64,000 bases of DNA from Rhizodiscina lignyota (Eukaryota). Below, piece after piece: positions 1 through 12,986 of the stretch (positions are counted from its first letter, which is position 1; every line of letters begins with the position of its first letter). The position numbers and the translations under genes were made by a program. The notes beneath the pieces were generated by a model. It saw only the letters and a list, made by a program, of their open reading frames with translations. It made no database searches and was not told where the DNA came from. Where the stretch lies: NCBI GenBank assembly GCA_010015805.1, contig ML978128.1:930001-994000 (forward strand), in the 5' to 3' direction.

Positions 1-871
1 GGGGCGACGATGCTTTATATTGAATGATTTTGCCAGTCGCACAGCATAATTTGACGAGCGGGCCTGTAATGTGCGACGACGACATACCATGATACTACAT
101 GTGAGAATCAAAACTTCGTTCCATTTTACCGTGTCTACAATTTCCATATGGCGGATGCAGATGCGGAGCTCAATGTGTCTTGCCAAAGGCCTGGAAGAAG
201 GTAATGAAGACGTAGGAAGTGGTGGAAGGTTCCGAAGGGGTGAGCGCTGAGTAAACTTCAGGCGGCCGCAAATGCTCTGCAGGATCATAGCGCGAGCCTC
301 AAAATCCTCTCTCTTCCCTTTTAGCATAGGTGTCCGTAGATTAACTAAGCTTGGGACGGCCGCTATATGTGCGGGCTGACCCGTTGTGGAGCTACACATG
401 TTGGTGTTTAGAGACGCGTATTCAGGCATAGTCACCCGAGCTGCGATCTACTATTCGATTACACCTGGAGTGCACAATCCACCACAACTCCGATATACGA
501 GATCTATCTTCAAATAGAAAAATTTCATGTTCGGGGAAAGCGTCACTCACTCTGCACGTCTCATTAAATGCTGTAAAATTCTCGTAGAAACAAGTCATAT
601 CTCTAGTCTCATATCCGGCATTTCCTTCTCCGTGAGGGCCTCACCTCTAAGCCGGGAAGCATATCAAAACATGCTGGACTTATGTACATTCGGTTGTACC
701 AGCTGTCGTGGTGCGGACCCAGAGGGCCTTGAAGAGATAGGCGCTTTTGTAGTCGGCCGTTCTCGATGGTAGTATTGCATATGGTCGCGTTCCCCTAAAG
801 ACATCCACCGCCCGAGTCTAAACGGCTCTGACGTTGTCTCTTTTGGTCGGCGGCTTTTAGGCTTGGGCACA

Positions 872-1504
872 TTATCGCCCGATGCCTATTCCACCTCCAC
901 CAACGCTTCTGCACGAAACACAATTTGGGGCGCTAGACTCCATTGCGCGCGCCTCCAGCCATGGCCACTGAGCACGCATTCGAGCCGCGCGGGCAGCTGC
1001 AAGTGCACGCCTCTCCTCCTCCTCCGCCTTCCCCTCATATATCGACATGACGCTCTCCATCTCGTCCCCCACCCTGCGCACCTCCTCTTCCCAGCGTTGC
1101 TCCGCCTCTCTCACCTTCAGCGTCTCCTCCTCATCAATCACCTGCATGAGCCTCTCCCGCAGCCTCTTCTGCTTCGCGCTCCACGACAACTTTTGCTCCT
1201 CTAGCCTTTTGATGTCCTCTCCCCGCACCATCGCAATCATTATCTTGTCTTTTATTCCGTCCAGTTTGTCCTCGACGCACTCCAGCTGGTGCTCTACGAC
1301 GTCGATTGCATCGATGGACCAGGTAGGTCCCGCCGGTTCGTTTGGCTTCGGCACGAGAGTACCAGTTGACGACACGTTCGCCTCTCGCGGACCTAGCACG
1401 GGTGTGAGGGGTGTGGTGGAGGAGGATATACTGTGCTCCGAGGGGCGAGATTGGCGGGAGGCGAACGGTGCCTTTGGGTAGGAGGGTGTGAAGAGGCAAG
1501 GCAT
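872..1504 (-). CDS. Hypothetical coiled-coil protein (~210 aa)
   Basis: Long ORF 872..1663; protein-like composition begins at MPCLFTPSY (ATG 1504); E/K/R-rich helical segment (EEQKLSW...EEEERRAL); no recognisable domain. Confidence 0.55.
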   Translation of the reverse strand: MPCLFTPSYPKAPFASRQSRPSEHSISSSTTPLTPVLGPREANVSSTGTLVPKPNEPAGPTWSIDAIDVVEHQLECVEDKLDGIKDKIMIAMVRGEDIKRLEEQKLSWSAKQKRLRERLMQVIDEEETLKVREAEQRWEEEVRRVGDEMESVMSIYEGKAEEEERRALAAARAARMRAQWPWLEARAMESSAPNCVSCRSVGGGGIGIGR

Positions 1505-2049
1505 ACTGGTAGTGTTTAGAAGAATGAGGATAGGGTAGTTGATGATAATGAGAAGGCGATGATAATCGTAATTTGGAGATGATTGTCTGTAGCAGCTTGA
1601 ATCGATGTTTGACTGCGGAACTTGCTCAAGATGGAATGTAGGACGAATAATGCGGTAAGACATGTGCCTTCATATGAAAGATTGCAAATGTGGGAGACTA
1701 TATTAGTAGTTGAACTCTTAAACGTCCTCTAAAGAAAAATCGCACGTTGTGGTTCGTCCCGCACCATGTATACTGGTGGAGAGGTGGCCGTTATAAAGAG
1801 TACCAAAAGAAATAGAAAAAAGCTCATGCAACAAGAACGAGCAGCGAGTAGTGGCGTTCGGATTAGAATTAGTTTGTAGAAAAATTTCGCAACCGTGTCA
1901 ATTTAGACGATCATATTGTACAAACCGTTCATTGCATTTCGGAGCTAAAAGGACTATGCATCTTATCGATACTCCCCATTCCTAGATCTTTAATAAGTGA
2001 CCAAGTTTACCGCTCACCCAATGAGTAATGAGCTTGACATGATTCCACG

Positions 2050-3712
2050 TCAAATCTCTGCCAGCTTGTTCGTGCTTTCCGTTAGCGGACCCAATTGCTT
2101 CCAGAACCCAACAGCTCCGGCGACAAGGAGCAAATAGTACGCAATCGTCCACCCAATCCCCACTGTCCATACCTTTCTCCCTCTCGGTGCATGTAAGACA
2201 GGTATTGGATCTTCATCTTGCGTCGGTGCGAATACATCCTCTGAATCTTCATCTTCGTCATCGTCATCGTCGTCTCTGGGTGCAGCTGTCGTTGTCTTGG
2301 CAGCCGCTCGAGTCGTTGAGCGAAGCTGCCTCGACTGCTTCAAAGTCTCATCGACTGCAGCGCGTCCGTCAGAAACGTAGGTTTCACGTCCCAGTCGGCC
2401 CCAGAAGCGTGGTAGGCCCAGCCAGTTGCAGAAGCTGTGCGCAGCAATGACGGCGAGCAGGCTCCCAGTGCGAACGAAGACGTAAGCCTCAAACCAGCCG
2501 AATATCGTTGTGTAGGTGAATTGGACAAGGCTGCGGATCAGCGCTTGAGTAATGCTGGCGTGGGGGTGTGAGAGCACGAATTCGTAGAAATGATGCACGT
2601 GAGCAATGCCGAAGTATAGTGGCGTGATCAAAATCGCATTTCGCGTGTCTCGAATAGCCAATGGAGAGGCAGACGAAGGGATATTTGATTGGCCGCGCGA
2701 CTCGGAGTGCATTGCTGTGAAGGTGCTTGGGAGCAAGTTCATCGGGTACATAGACGACGCGAGCAGATGCAGTGGGATGAGCAATGAGCGCCATATGAGT
2801 TCTTCAGTTATTGGGCCCTGCTAACCTTGTGAGAACATTGGCAAAATAAAGTGCGGCATCGAGACACAGAATATAGGAATATACTGACGGCAACGAAGTT
2901 ACGCCAGCCTGTCCAGCTACTGAGAACTTCTATAGCGCCTTCGCCCTTGATCCAGCCTCGCCATCCTCCTTCTACAATGCCAGTTTCAAACAAAGGGCCA
3001 GCAAAAAGAATAGCTACAAGCAGGAGCACTCTGGCGACATCGGTCAAGTGGATGGGATACCATCCAAGTAAAGCGATAGTGGCCTTGAAGTCATTCTTGC
3101 CGTAGACTGCGACGACGTAGTAGGTAACGAGGGTCGAGATGACACAGGATATTGTTATGGCGCGTATTCGAGCGCGAATAACGGACGGGGCATCGCGTTT
3201 AGCAACGGGAGAGGGACGAGCAGTCGGGGAGAGGTAGATTGGCGCCACATAAAGGACGTTGAAGACGATCTATATTCTCCGATTAGCTATGTCGCAGACG
3301 GAGCGTTATCTAGCACGTGGAATCGCGGCGATCTCGGCCTGAGGCGTCAACTGCGACTCGACCTGATGAAATACAGGTTTGGACACGATGCAGATAATAT
3401 TGAATCGATACACGGCTGCAGAAACGGAGACGAGAGGAGGTACACGTACAGACAGGATGCAGGCAGTCTGGAAGGATATAGCTGGCCCAGTCGGTACTGC
3501 AAGACAGTGTTAGACCTGCACGTCAGAGGCGTGGGGATCAGGCGGGACCAGTGGTTCGCAAGACGTCTCCGCTCCCAGGCTGGCGTGGGTGGAGAAGCGG
3601 CAGCTGGAGGAGGAATTGGGAGTACTCGCACAGGCCAATCAAGGTGCAGCTACTCACCCTCCTTCTGACGATAGAGCCTCTGGAGGCGTTCGAGCACTGG
3701 GAACGGCGGCAT
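2050..3712 (-). CDS. RCE1: CAAX prenyl protease 2 (Rce1/Abi family), 4 exons
   Basis: Spliced model MPPFPVLERLQRLYRQKE|VPTGPAISFQTACILS|IVFNVLYVAPIY...RDAPSVIRARIR...WRNFVA|GPITEELIWR; motifs FGIAHVHH, QFTYTTIFG, HSFCNWLGLP; GT-AG introns keep the frame. Confidence 0.93.
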
Positions 3713-4683
3713 CGTGCCTATCTAGGCAGCATGCTATGAATCATGAAACGAGATGCGCAAGTGCAGACATGGGCAATACATAAGATCGCTCTGCGGTGAG
3801 GTGGGATTGTTTGCGGTATGCACTTTGGCTCTTGCGGCGCCGGAAGAAACGACCGAAGAATTGGCAGGGATACGCGTCGTCCGAAAGGGGAAAGCATATG
3901 GGCTCATTGGCGGTGGCCGCACCGTTACACAGGCAGGTGCGTTTCTCGAGTCTTGAGAAGTCCTCTTCTTCCTCTTTCTTCACGTCCCTCCTGCAATTCC
4001 AGAGACACCGATGCAGAGCAGCGAGACATGGCGTGAACGCTCGCGTGTAAGGCGTGGGAAACTGCCATGCGTTCGCGCTATCTTTCATTTCGGCGGTGGG
4101 CATACGAGACCGTGATTCGTCGCGTGCTCCACGCAGACGCGTCCAATCGCGTCGCCCAGCCGACGATGCAAATTCTCCATCTCAATCGATAAAGGAGAAG
4201 TGGTTCGAGTATAATGCTGACGATATAGTCGCTCTGCGGGGTTTTTCTTATCTCTTCATGCAACCTCTTCTTTCTTCGCTGCGCACGCTGAGAAACTGAT
4301 GCGCTGCAGGCTGGGAACGCGACTCTGGCTTGTGGTAAGCCTCGTGCATGACGCACAGCCATCCCAATTTGCTCGCCTCCTCCGTCGTGCATAGCACCGG
4401 CCATTATTGGAACCAGCAAAGAAACGCACTCCTTTTTCAATTCTGACCTTCTCCCTCCTTCAACGACCTCTTGTCGCATTCACTCATTTTTATCATGTCT
4501 TTCTGACCCTCAGTCATTCCTTACCTTACGCTCACGACCTCTGAACATCGCCTCGCCGCCCGGCCTGGAGTCCCACAGCACCCCTCCGCATCACCGCCTC
4601 CATGCCTCCGAATCGGTCCAGTCTGCGCACATCGCATGAATTTGGCCACCCAAATCTTCTAGGGCAGTGAGGCCGTAATCAAC

Positions 4684-7545
4684 ATGTCATCTGCACAGCC
4701 CCGTGGGCGGACAGCGCAGTCCTCGAGCAGCACGCCGCGAACCTCTCCGAAACGACAGCCTTTGCACGAGCGCTCGCCGTCACAAGCAAACTCGCAAGGC
4801 CTCCTTGGCCCGACAATTCGCATAGTGGAAGAATCTCCGTCGCAAATTTATAATAAAAGCGCTTTGCCAACGACCCCCCGGCAAATACTGGTGCCTGACA
4901 ATGCACAAGGGTATACGCTGCCGGACAGTGTTTCAGATCGTGAAGATCCACCAACCCCATCCAATGCCAGCCTGTCTTCACAATCCGCCGAAATTCTCAT
5001 ACCCCGGCCGCTGCAGCTGCGCAAGGTGGCTCGCGCATCTGCGACAACCAACTTCTCGGACCTAGACACCATCGCTGATGGCGGTTCGTCATTATTCCCT
5101 CGATTTTCCCAGACCAGCACCACGCCATCTAGCCCAACTCTCATCGACCCCGATAGGACAGAGGAGAGATCGAGGACATCGCGCGAAGATACACGAAATA
5201 GGAAGCGCGACAGTACCATCAGACAAGTTTTAGAATCCTCGCCTGCATCTGTCACCGATCGGCGGCGCTCCGCACTTGTACCAACGACAAAATCGCCCAC
5301 GCCCTCTCTAACTTCCCTGCCAGAAATACCAAGCGACGACCAGGGTATTGAGGACGATTCTTCTGGCAATTACGAGGTCATTAGCTCATCACCTCCCCAA
5401 AGTTCTAGTCCCTCCGGCTATCGAGGCTTGCAACAAGCTTCCACTGCGAAGAAGCTCCCCAAACCTATTTTTCCGCCTAATACAACTAATTCCTCGAGAC
5501 AGTCTCTCGCTGTCTCAGAACGCTCGTTTGGATCCATTGATCAGCCGCTACACTCTTCCAGCCCATCTTCGAACACACATGACGCTCTCCGCGCGGCAAT
5601 TGAGAGCGGTCTGCAAGTTCAATACCCTGTCGTCCAGCCTCCTTCGTCGAGCGAATCGTATGCGTCGTCTTTCGATCCAGAAAAGAAGCTCCCAGACCTC
5701 CCAATTCTACCTCGAATGCTCGACCCTCCTTACCGAGAGCAATGGACTTCCAGACTCTCGACCATACATTCGGAGTCCGAGCCTCGCCAGTCGCGAAGCA
5801 TATCAGGACTGTCGGGAGGCAATGGACACAGAGCCGTTCAAAGGTCAACGATAGGAAGTATCACCTCTTCTGCGAGGCAGGTGCCACCTTCTCTGCCCAG
5901 CGACACCTCTTCAATCCCAATTCCCGCTCCACTCTTTCACAATGGAAGCAGTCCTTCAGACGACTCGCGCGAATTCGAGGAGGACGACGACGTCGTCGGC
6001 GAATTGCAGTCTCCTCCTCTGCGGCATCAGCGGTCGTTCTTCAGCGTATTCAGTAACGCCGATTCGAGACCCAGCAGTCGGGCGGAGTCAGCTCGTGGGA
6101 GCGTCTTTGAACGTGCGAGCTTCATGGAGAGCAACCTATTCCCAGCTTGGGCGAGGTACGTTTGTGGTTTGCTAAGATGTTGCCCCCGTCCCAGTACCCT
6201 GCTATGCAATTTATTTCTGCACTAGCATCGTTTAGGTCTTAACAATGACCTTGCACTCCCTCCCACCCCATCATAGAGTTGCCTCAGAACTATTCGCGAA
6301 TTCTGACATGACGGCGTGGGAGTACTCTGAGTGTTTGCTATTGTGATGAGGAGTCTTGATGCCATCAGTTGACGCAATCGGAAATGTTTTCATGTGTATA
6401 TGCTAATTGATTTGCCTTCGTTTACAGATCGTACTATCGACGCGGCTCGGCCTCGCTGTCTCCTACTGACTCAACGACTTCGCTCTCCCTGCCCTTCATC
6501 TACTCTCCAAGTCCTGATCAGTCTCGTCTGAATACCGCGGCTAGTTATGTGCCAGGTACAGCCTCAGGCCCTTCTCGCACACCCTCTCTTGCCGATCACT
6601 TCCCCTTGAATATTTATCATCCGCGCAAACGTCCCCATCAGCAATACCCTCCCAAGGCCCTTCGGCCTGCCACAGCCGATTCATTTATATCGAATCCTAA
6701 CATAATAGTTCCAGTACCTGCGTCAACTCCACCGCCTGAGGGTGGAGAGACGTCTCGAGCACGTGGGAAACAACCCGCTGATGCTCAACCCCAATCCCGA
6801 GCGTCGTTCGCGTCACGTCTCCGAAGTCCTATTCGCCGAACCGAGTCGGGGCAATGGACATGGGAGCCGCGCCTCGCACGCGACAGGCGCAGCGTGGGTG
6901 TCATGTCCGCCTGGCGTCCGCCGAGTCTGGACTCTTCCCTAGGTAGCTTGACGCAGATGTTCGGCCGACGCGGAAATAGACAGATCAGCTTGTTCGTGCT
7001 GGGCTTCATCTTTCCATTCGCGTGGATGCTCGCTGCGATTCTGCCGCTACCAGAGCAGCCACCGGACGAGGAGGCTGGCGCCAGTAGGCAAGAGATCGAG
7101 GCGAGAAGGAGCCAGGCTATGCGCGAGAGTCGGCAGAGCCAGTTCACGCAGCTAGAAGGAGTGGCGACGCTTGTAGACCCGGAGGGTCGTGGAGAAACGG
7201 TCCCAGTCACCGCGGACATCTCGATGACTCGGCTTGAACGCGCAATCGACGGGACGCAAGCGATAGACATCATGCGAGCCCGTGACGACGCCGCTGGTCG
7301 CATTGAGCAAGGTCTCGCAAGGGGCTGGCTTGATGCGGAGCTTGAGAAGATGGAGGCAAGAAGAAAATACGCAAAAGCGCGGTGGTGGAGGAGATTGAAT
7401 CGCATAATGAGTCTAATCGGGTTGTTAATACTGGGCGCGATTGTGAGTCTTGTGCCACCCTTTCGCTTTGTCGTTGCGCAAAAATATCCGACTAACTTAT
7501 ATGCAGGCCGCACTTGTTGTTGTGGCGGTCAAGTATACGCTGTGA
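4684..7545 (+). CDS. Serine/proline-rich fungal protein with C-terminal transmembrane segments, 3 exons
   Basis: ORFs 4684..6225 and 6549..7646 joined by intron 6156-6427; intron 7443-7506 gives ...ILGAI|AALVVVAVKYTL*; hydrophobic LFVLGFIFPFAWMLAAIL and RWWRRLNRIMSLIGLLI. Confidence 0.8.
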
Positions 7546-9707
7546 TCATTTACAGGACTTCTGCGCTTCTATTCTTGCCGTACCTTCTCTCCCTTTCCGG
7601 CCATCTATTCTCGCCATATACCCAGATATCGAATTCTCTCATTTGACGCCATTTAATGCCTAGATACGGCGACATGTTCAAGCGACGACTACCAACATAT
7701 TCATGTTCTCATATGTCAATCGTCCAAGACGACACTACACCGACGATCCAATGTCCTTCATATTCTCGACATCTCCTATCACCTACTTATCCTTCCTCTG
7801 GAGCGATCCTAAAATCGGGCGCTCTCTGATCTATTTGACAAACCAAACATTGTATTGACAAACTCCTACCCTATACTTCTCTACTCTTTGTAATGACGAC
7901 TTTCACGTCTTCGCGCTCTCCTATGTTCGGGCTCGGTTATGTTTACTTCTTAAGATTGGACGTTTAGCGATTTGGTTTTCAGCGATGCATTGCCGTAGCG
8001 CGGCGTTTTCTTTCAGTTTGCAAATGAAAGGCTTGGGGAATGGCTATTGCGAGAACTCAGTCGCGAGCCCTAGAATGTCTAACTTGATGGTTCTCTGATA
8101 TGTAACAGTACGATTAGCGCCAGAGCGAAGATACCCATTCTGCTTGTAGCTTGGGGGCCCTTAGGCAGCTAATGAGAATTGAGGATTTTTTAATAGTATT
8201 AGTTTCTCTGCTTGTGTTCGACATGTGAAAGCGAATGACGCGAGAGTCGTGATACAGTAGAGTATTTGAAAAGCTCAGTGAGCCCTCCATCCGTAGTGGT
8301 ATTCGTATTCGCGGTAAACTAGAAGTCTTAAAAATTACTGTCTCCTTCCGCCTCCTCGTCCCCCGGTGCAAATCCTCACGAAATGTCACAATTTCGATTC
8401 GGTTTTGAATATTATACTCCCACATAAGACTTTGTGCTCCGCGCACCCCGTCACGCTACTACGCACCTAATTAGGTTCTTCCTCCACCATTCCCGCCTCC
8501 CACATCCGATATCCCGAATATCCTGCTCCATCGACGGCTGTATGCGTGGTGTTTGGGGCGATGGAGAGGGGGACGGGGAGAAAGGTGATAAAGGCGGTGT
8601 ATCTCGGTACCGCCACAGAGGGTGCTAGCGGCGGTGCTAGACGCCGCCAATGCGATGGTTTGACAATTCCGAGCCAGGCTTTCGGAGACCCGTTGATACG
8701 AACGGCGGGATGCAATTGCATGCGAAGGAATGAGGCCTATGTCCGTTAGCGGAGGCATGGGAGCGAGAAATGGCGAGGTGCGATGACAGGTTCGGGAAGG
8801 AGAGGTGGCGCGGCGAGGCGTCGAGTGCGCATTATTCTACGTCCCGGCGAGATGGTGTGAGATATTAGGATGGGCGACGGCGTCTTGCGCGAACGGTTAT
8901 CGAGGAGTTTTCAGATGCGTTTTCGAAGTCGTGGACCAATGGGAAGGAGTGGCGGGTGCTGCACAGTGATCCTGCAGAAAGCAATGCAAAGGCAATGCAG
9001 GGAAATTAGGAAAAAGATCTCTCATTTCAGTCATTCGGAATACGGCCAGGACTAAACAACGAAATGCATCGATGTCGCGTTCGTGGTATCGTCTCGGCTG
9101 GAAAGAAAAATTCAAAGGAGTAAAGAGATTCGTGATGCCGCGCTCATGATGCTCGCTCTAGCGTACAGTTACATGATGGTGGATCGAAGAGACTTTTTGA
9201 GGAAAAGTTCCATGAGAGTTCCAAGAGACGGGGGACATGCATCTGCATTTCAAGGTATCCAACTTCTTTTTTTTTTTGTCAAGTTTCCAAAACGGTTTCT
9301 GCTCTTCTCCTTCAGCCCTGCGCGCGCTTATCCCACACCAATTTTCATGCATTCTCTGCGCGCGCATCACTTCCAAACGAATCTCAATCCAGGTCGAAAA
9401 AGGGAAATCGCATCAAATCAAGGAGTGCCAACGGACTTTTCCGATGATCGTGATCATTAGGGGAATGCCGCTGGTGAAGCGCAAGTAGACCTTGCGGATG
9501 CCAAATGAAAGAGGTCCAAGTCTGAGAGAATTGTCAAGTCCAAAGGTCGAGCGCCAGTGCAAAATGATACAAGAAGTGAAGGTGGAGCTTCCGAGATGCG
9601 CTATGCACTTCGCATCGATTGTGTGGAACGAAAGGCCTGACCAAAGACTCATCGTGGGAATTCGCCAATGGCAATAGTCATTCGTTCTCGCACGAGGTCG
9701 AGCGAAG

Positions 9708-10793
9708 CTAGTTGGGGCATTGCGACTGCAGATGGCCCGGCTGCTTGCACTTGTAGCACACGCGCTCGGACGACGCTTCAGTCGGACAGTCGCGGCTCAG
9801 ATGGCCCTGCTCGCCACCTATTGGAGGAGTTAGCAAGATCCCGTTGGTATCAGCTTAATGACTCACAGTTGTAGCACTTCTGGCCCTGGGTGCAGTCGCG
9901 ACTCATGTGTCCATAACCTCCACAGCTGTAGCACTGAGCCTGGCTACGACCTCCGAAGCCACCGCCAGCGCCTCCGCCTCCGTATCCGCCACCACCGTAG
10001 CCACCGCCACCGTATCCGCCTCCCTGGGTGCAGTTACGGGCGATGTGGCCAACCTTGCCGCACTTGTAGCACTCCTGGGTACTGCCACCAGTAGGAGCTC
10101 CGCCTTCCTGGTTGTTCGGGCAATCGCGAGAGATGTGGCCAGTCTGGCCGCAACGATAGCAAGATCGATCACTTGGTCCAGTACGGGCTTGAGTGCACTC
10201 GCGGCTCACATGACCCTTCTGTCCGCAGTTGTAGCAGGTTGGAGTGTCGCGGGTAGGGCAGTCGCGGGAGATGTGGTCAGCAGCACCGCCTGTGATTCAA
10301 GTAGTATTAGCAAAAATGCAAGAAACATGTATGTGAAACAGTAAGTGTGGAAAGTGTTGTAAGCGGATCCTTCGAGTAGTTCGTAACCATTATGAACGTG
10401 ACTGGAGGGGCGCTGCTGGGCGGCGGAGAAATGCCGCCGCATAAGCGAGACGATCATCGCACTGCTACCAACCACATGGCATACCAATTTTGATGTTGCT
10501 GCACTCTCGCCAAAGCCAAGGCCGGGGCGTGAAAAACAATGATGATACAAGCCAAGCATTGCAGAGATCGTGACAAGAAAATAAACCTTGCGAATTCACG
10601 TGCAGTCGAGCCAGGTGCAGGAAGTTTTAATGTGACGATCATATGCCGCTTGTACCGCTTAAGAAGGTATAGGATCGGCAGAAGGGTGGATGTAACGCAA
10701 GAGAGGAGACAGGAGGAAATCAAATGAAAGGGCGCACAAACAGTTGTAGCAGGTCCTTCCACCACCGCTTGCGCTTCCACTCTGGTAGTCCAT
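9708..10793 (-). CDS. GIS2: CCHC zinc-knuckle RNA-binding protein (Gis2/Byr3/CNBP family)
   Basis: MDYQSGSASGGGRTCYNC|GAADHISRDC...; seven CX2CX4HX4C knuckles, Gly-rich GGGYGGG linker, last exon ends ...GHLQSQCPN*; a 5'UTR intron starts near 10882 and the first coding intron is ~450 nt. Confidence 0.92.
10355..10540 (-). ncRNA. Candidate intronic structured RNA (H/ACA snoRNA-like)
   Basis: Inside the long Gis2 intron on the host strand: hairpin, ANANNA-type ACATCA (10496-10491), GC hairpin gcggcgg..ccgccgc, then hairpin agcg..gttc..gaac..cgct followed by ACA (10360-10358). Folding done by eye only. Confidence 0.35.
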
Positions 10794-12391
10794 CGTTCTA
10801 GCTGAGGAGAGTTTTCGTCTTCAAGAATCGAGTAGTGTTAGCCGGAGATCTCGAGATCTGATTTGTGCGGAGGAAAGCTTACCAAGTTCTAAAATCGGTC
10901 GAAAATGCAATTGAAATGCTGGCGCTGTGTGGAGCTGGCTGGGAGCCGGCAGATGCAGTGGTGTACGCTCAGGGGTATCTCGCAATGCGAAGGCAAACAG
11001 GTGAAGGTGCTATTTGGAGGTTGTGAGAAAGAAATTGAATGTGCAGAGGTGTTGTTGTGAGAATTTGAGAGGGACAGAGCTCTGCCGGCCCTAACCGCTT
11101 CGGGCTAAAGTGTGACGTCCTACGCTGGCGCTAAGCGACCGAGCGTTGCAGGATGCAGGGCCAGTGAAAATTTCCTATGTATGGCCTAGAGGCCTTGCCC
11201 GCTGGTCCAGCCAGGCTGACGGAGTTCGACGCGGTTGGTTTATACAGCTCTAGGCCCTCCTGTCACCTAGAACCTCCTCAATCGCCAACCAGCAAGCGGA
11301 ATTGTTGAGTAGAACGTGGCCGCTGTCGATCGTTCTGGCTTACAATTCACGCCGGCAGAGGCCCGTCGCGTAACGCGGCCAGCGGCGGGTTCTCCCTTAA
11401 CTTAAACCCTTACCGCCGCCAATGGGAGCGGCGATATGCTCGAAGAAGCAATCACACTTATACGGGATGCCGGTCAAGGGTATTTAGACTTTCGATATCT
11501 CCTCTGTTCCTCCATCTACTTCACGAGCGCCGTTTACGTAAACGTATAAGTCTCCCCAGGTCAGCTGTCCCGTCCGGTGCTATTTTGATCGAGAATTACT
11601 CGCGTTCCAGATCTGAAGCTCCCTGGTTGTTCCTCGTTAATCGTTTCGAGACGAAATGACGTTCTTGTAGCGGATACCATCTCCCATCTCCATCGTCCCA
11701 TGACCCCGGCGAAAGACGTCACCAGACCGGGCTCTTGGTATCACCGACAGCATCTACAAGTTCTCTTCATTGACCCAGTCCACAGCTTCTAAGAGGCACT
11801 GTAGCTCGAAATCCCACCAAGCGCGACCAAAGCGACTCAGAGATCCCTACCTTCACACGGATATCCAAGTCCTGTTTCAGTTCAGCGATCGAAGCTAATG
11901 GTTATAGCTCTGAGAGTGCCTGCAGTAGACACTTTAGTGATGCTTAGCACCCTTGGAGTCCAGAAAGTCTAGAACCAGCCTTCGCCGCGGCTCCGAACTC
12001 CGAGCGAACATCTACCCACAATCGGTCAGAGAGTTAGGGAAACGATGGCGATCTCAAAGCTTCACAAAAGGCTTGCTACAGAAACAGCACTTATGCTATA
12101 GTCTTGGGCGTATCTGCTTCGGTTAATCAGAATGCAATTAGATGAGCCGGAATAGATGTCATTGTAGGCTGAGAAAAGAGCTCCATACACGGGCTACTAT
12201 CGATTCAAAGAACCGGAGATTGTGGGAAACGCATAAACCCCCTCTTCTGGGTCGTAGTGGTTCAACAACCGCGCGCCAACTTCATGATCGAGGCTATTTC
12301 GCCCGCGAGTCCAACCGCCATATCTTGTATCCAACAACCAGCTTTCACATCCAAGTCTTTCCACCACTCTCATTTTCACCATATTTGCCTT

Positions 12392-12986
12392 TCAAGCTGA
12401 CTCGCACCTCCAAGTACGAATTGCATCATTCCATCCCTCCTGGACGAGGTTGTCATACCCAGGGTATTGGGCTCCAAGCCACCGAGGCTGGTACGAACAG
12501 TCGTCAGATCTACTCATTCGCCAATAATCAGCTCTTTTCGAAAGACAGAAACTCATCAAAGCGCTTACGTGAAGAATGTGCAAATTTGATCCTTGTCCGG
12601 TCCGACACTCGACACTTTCTGGTCCCTACCGTTCAAGGCGGGTCAGAAGAAGACGCAAAGCAGGTGAGGGATGACGGTACCAGTCCGATAGGCCTGCAAA
12701 TGTATAGCACTTCCCAAACGTGCTTATGAATACTTTGCATTCCCCTTTCCAATTTATGTCGGTGCACATGTAAGTCTAGAGCCCTTCAGTAATGGTCGCA
12801 TAGAGGAAGCCAACACTGATATTCGGGACGTACGTTTGCACTGTCTGCTGAAGTCTCCTTAGTGCTTGCGGCAACGGGAATTGCTCGTTCGACTGCCCTG
12901 GCTTCGGTTTGCAGTGGAGATGCGTAGCTGAAGGATGGAAAAGCAACGTGGAGCACCACCCCCAAGGCAGAGAGTGGAAAATGCAT
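12392..12986 (-). CDS. Small secreted Cys-containing protein, beta/gamma-crystallin-like (140 aa, 4 exons)
   Basis: Exons 12986-12834, 12775-12681, 12625-12569 and 12509-12392 join in frame: signal-peptide-like N-terminus, YMCTDINWKGEC, WDQKVSSVGPD..IC, YPGYDNL..WNDAIRTWRC; 6 Cys. Confidence 0.8.

Noticed and set aside
11085..11415. CCCTAACC / TAAACCCT telomere-like words (telomerase RNA template?)
   Set aside because: No full TAACCCTAA-type template or tandem array; likely promoter elements or chance.
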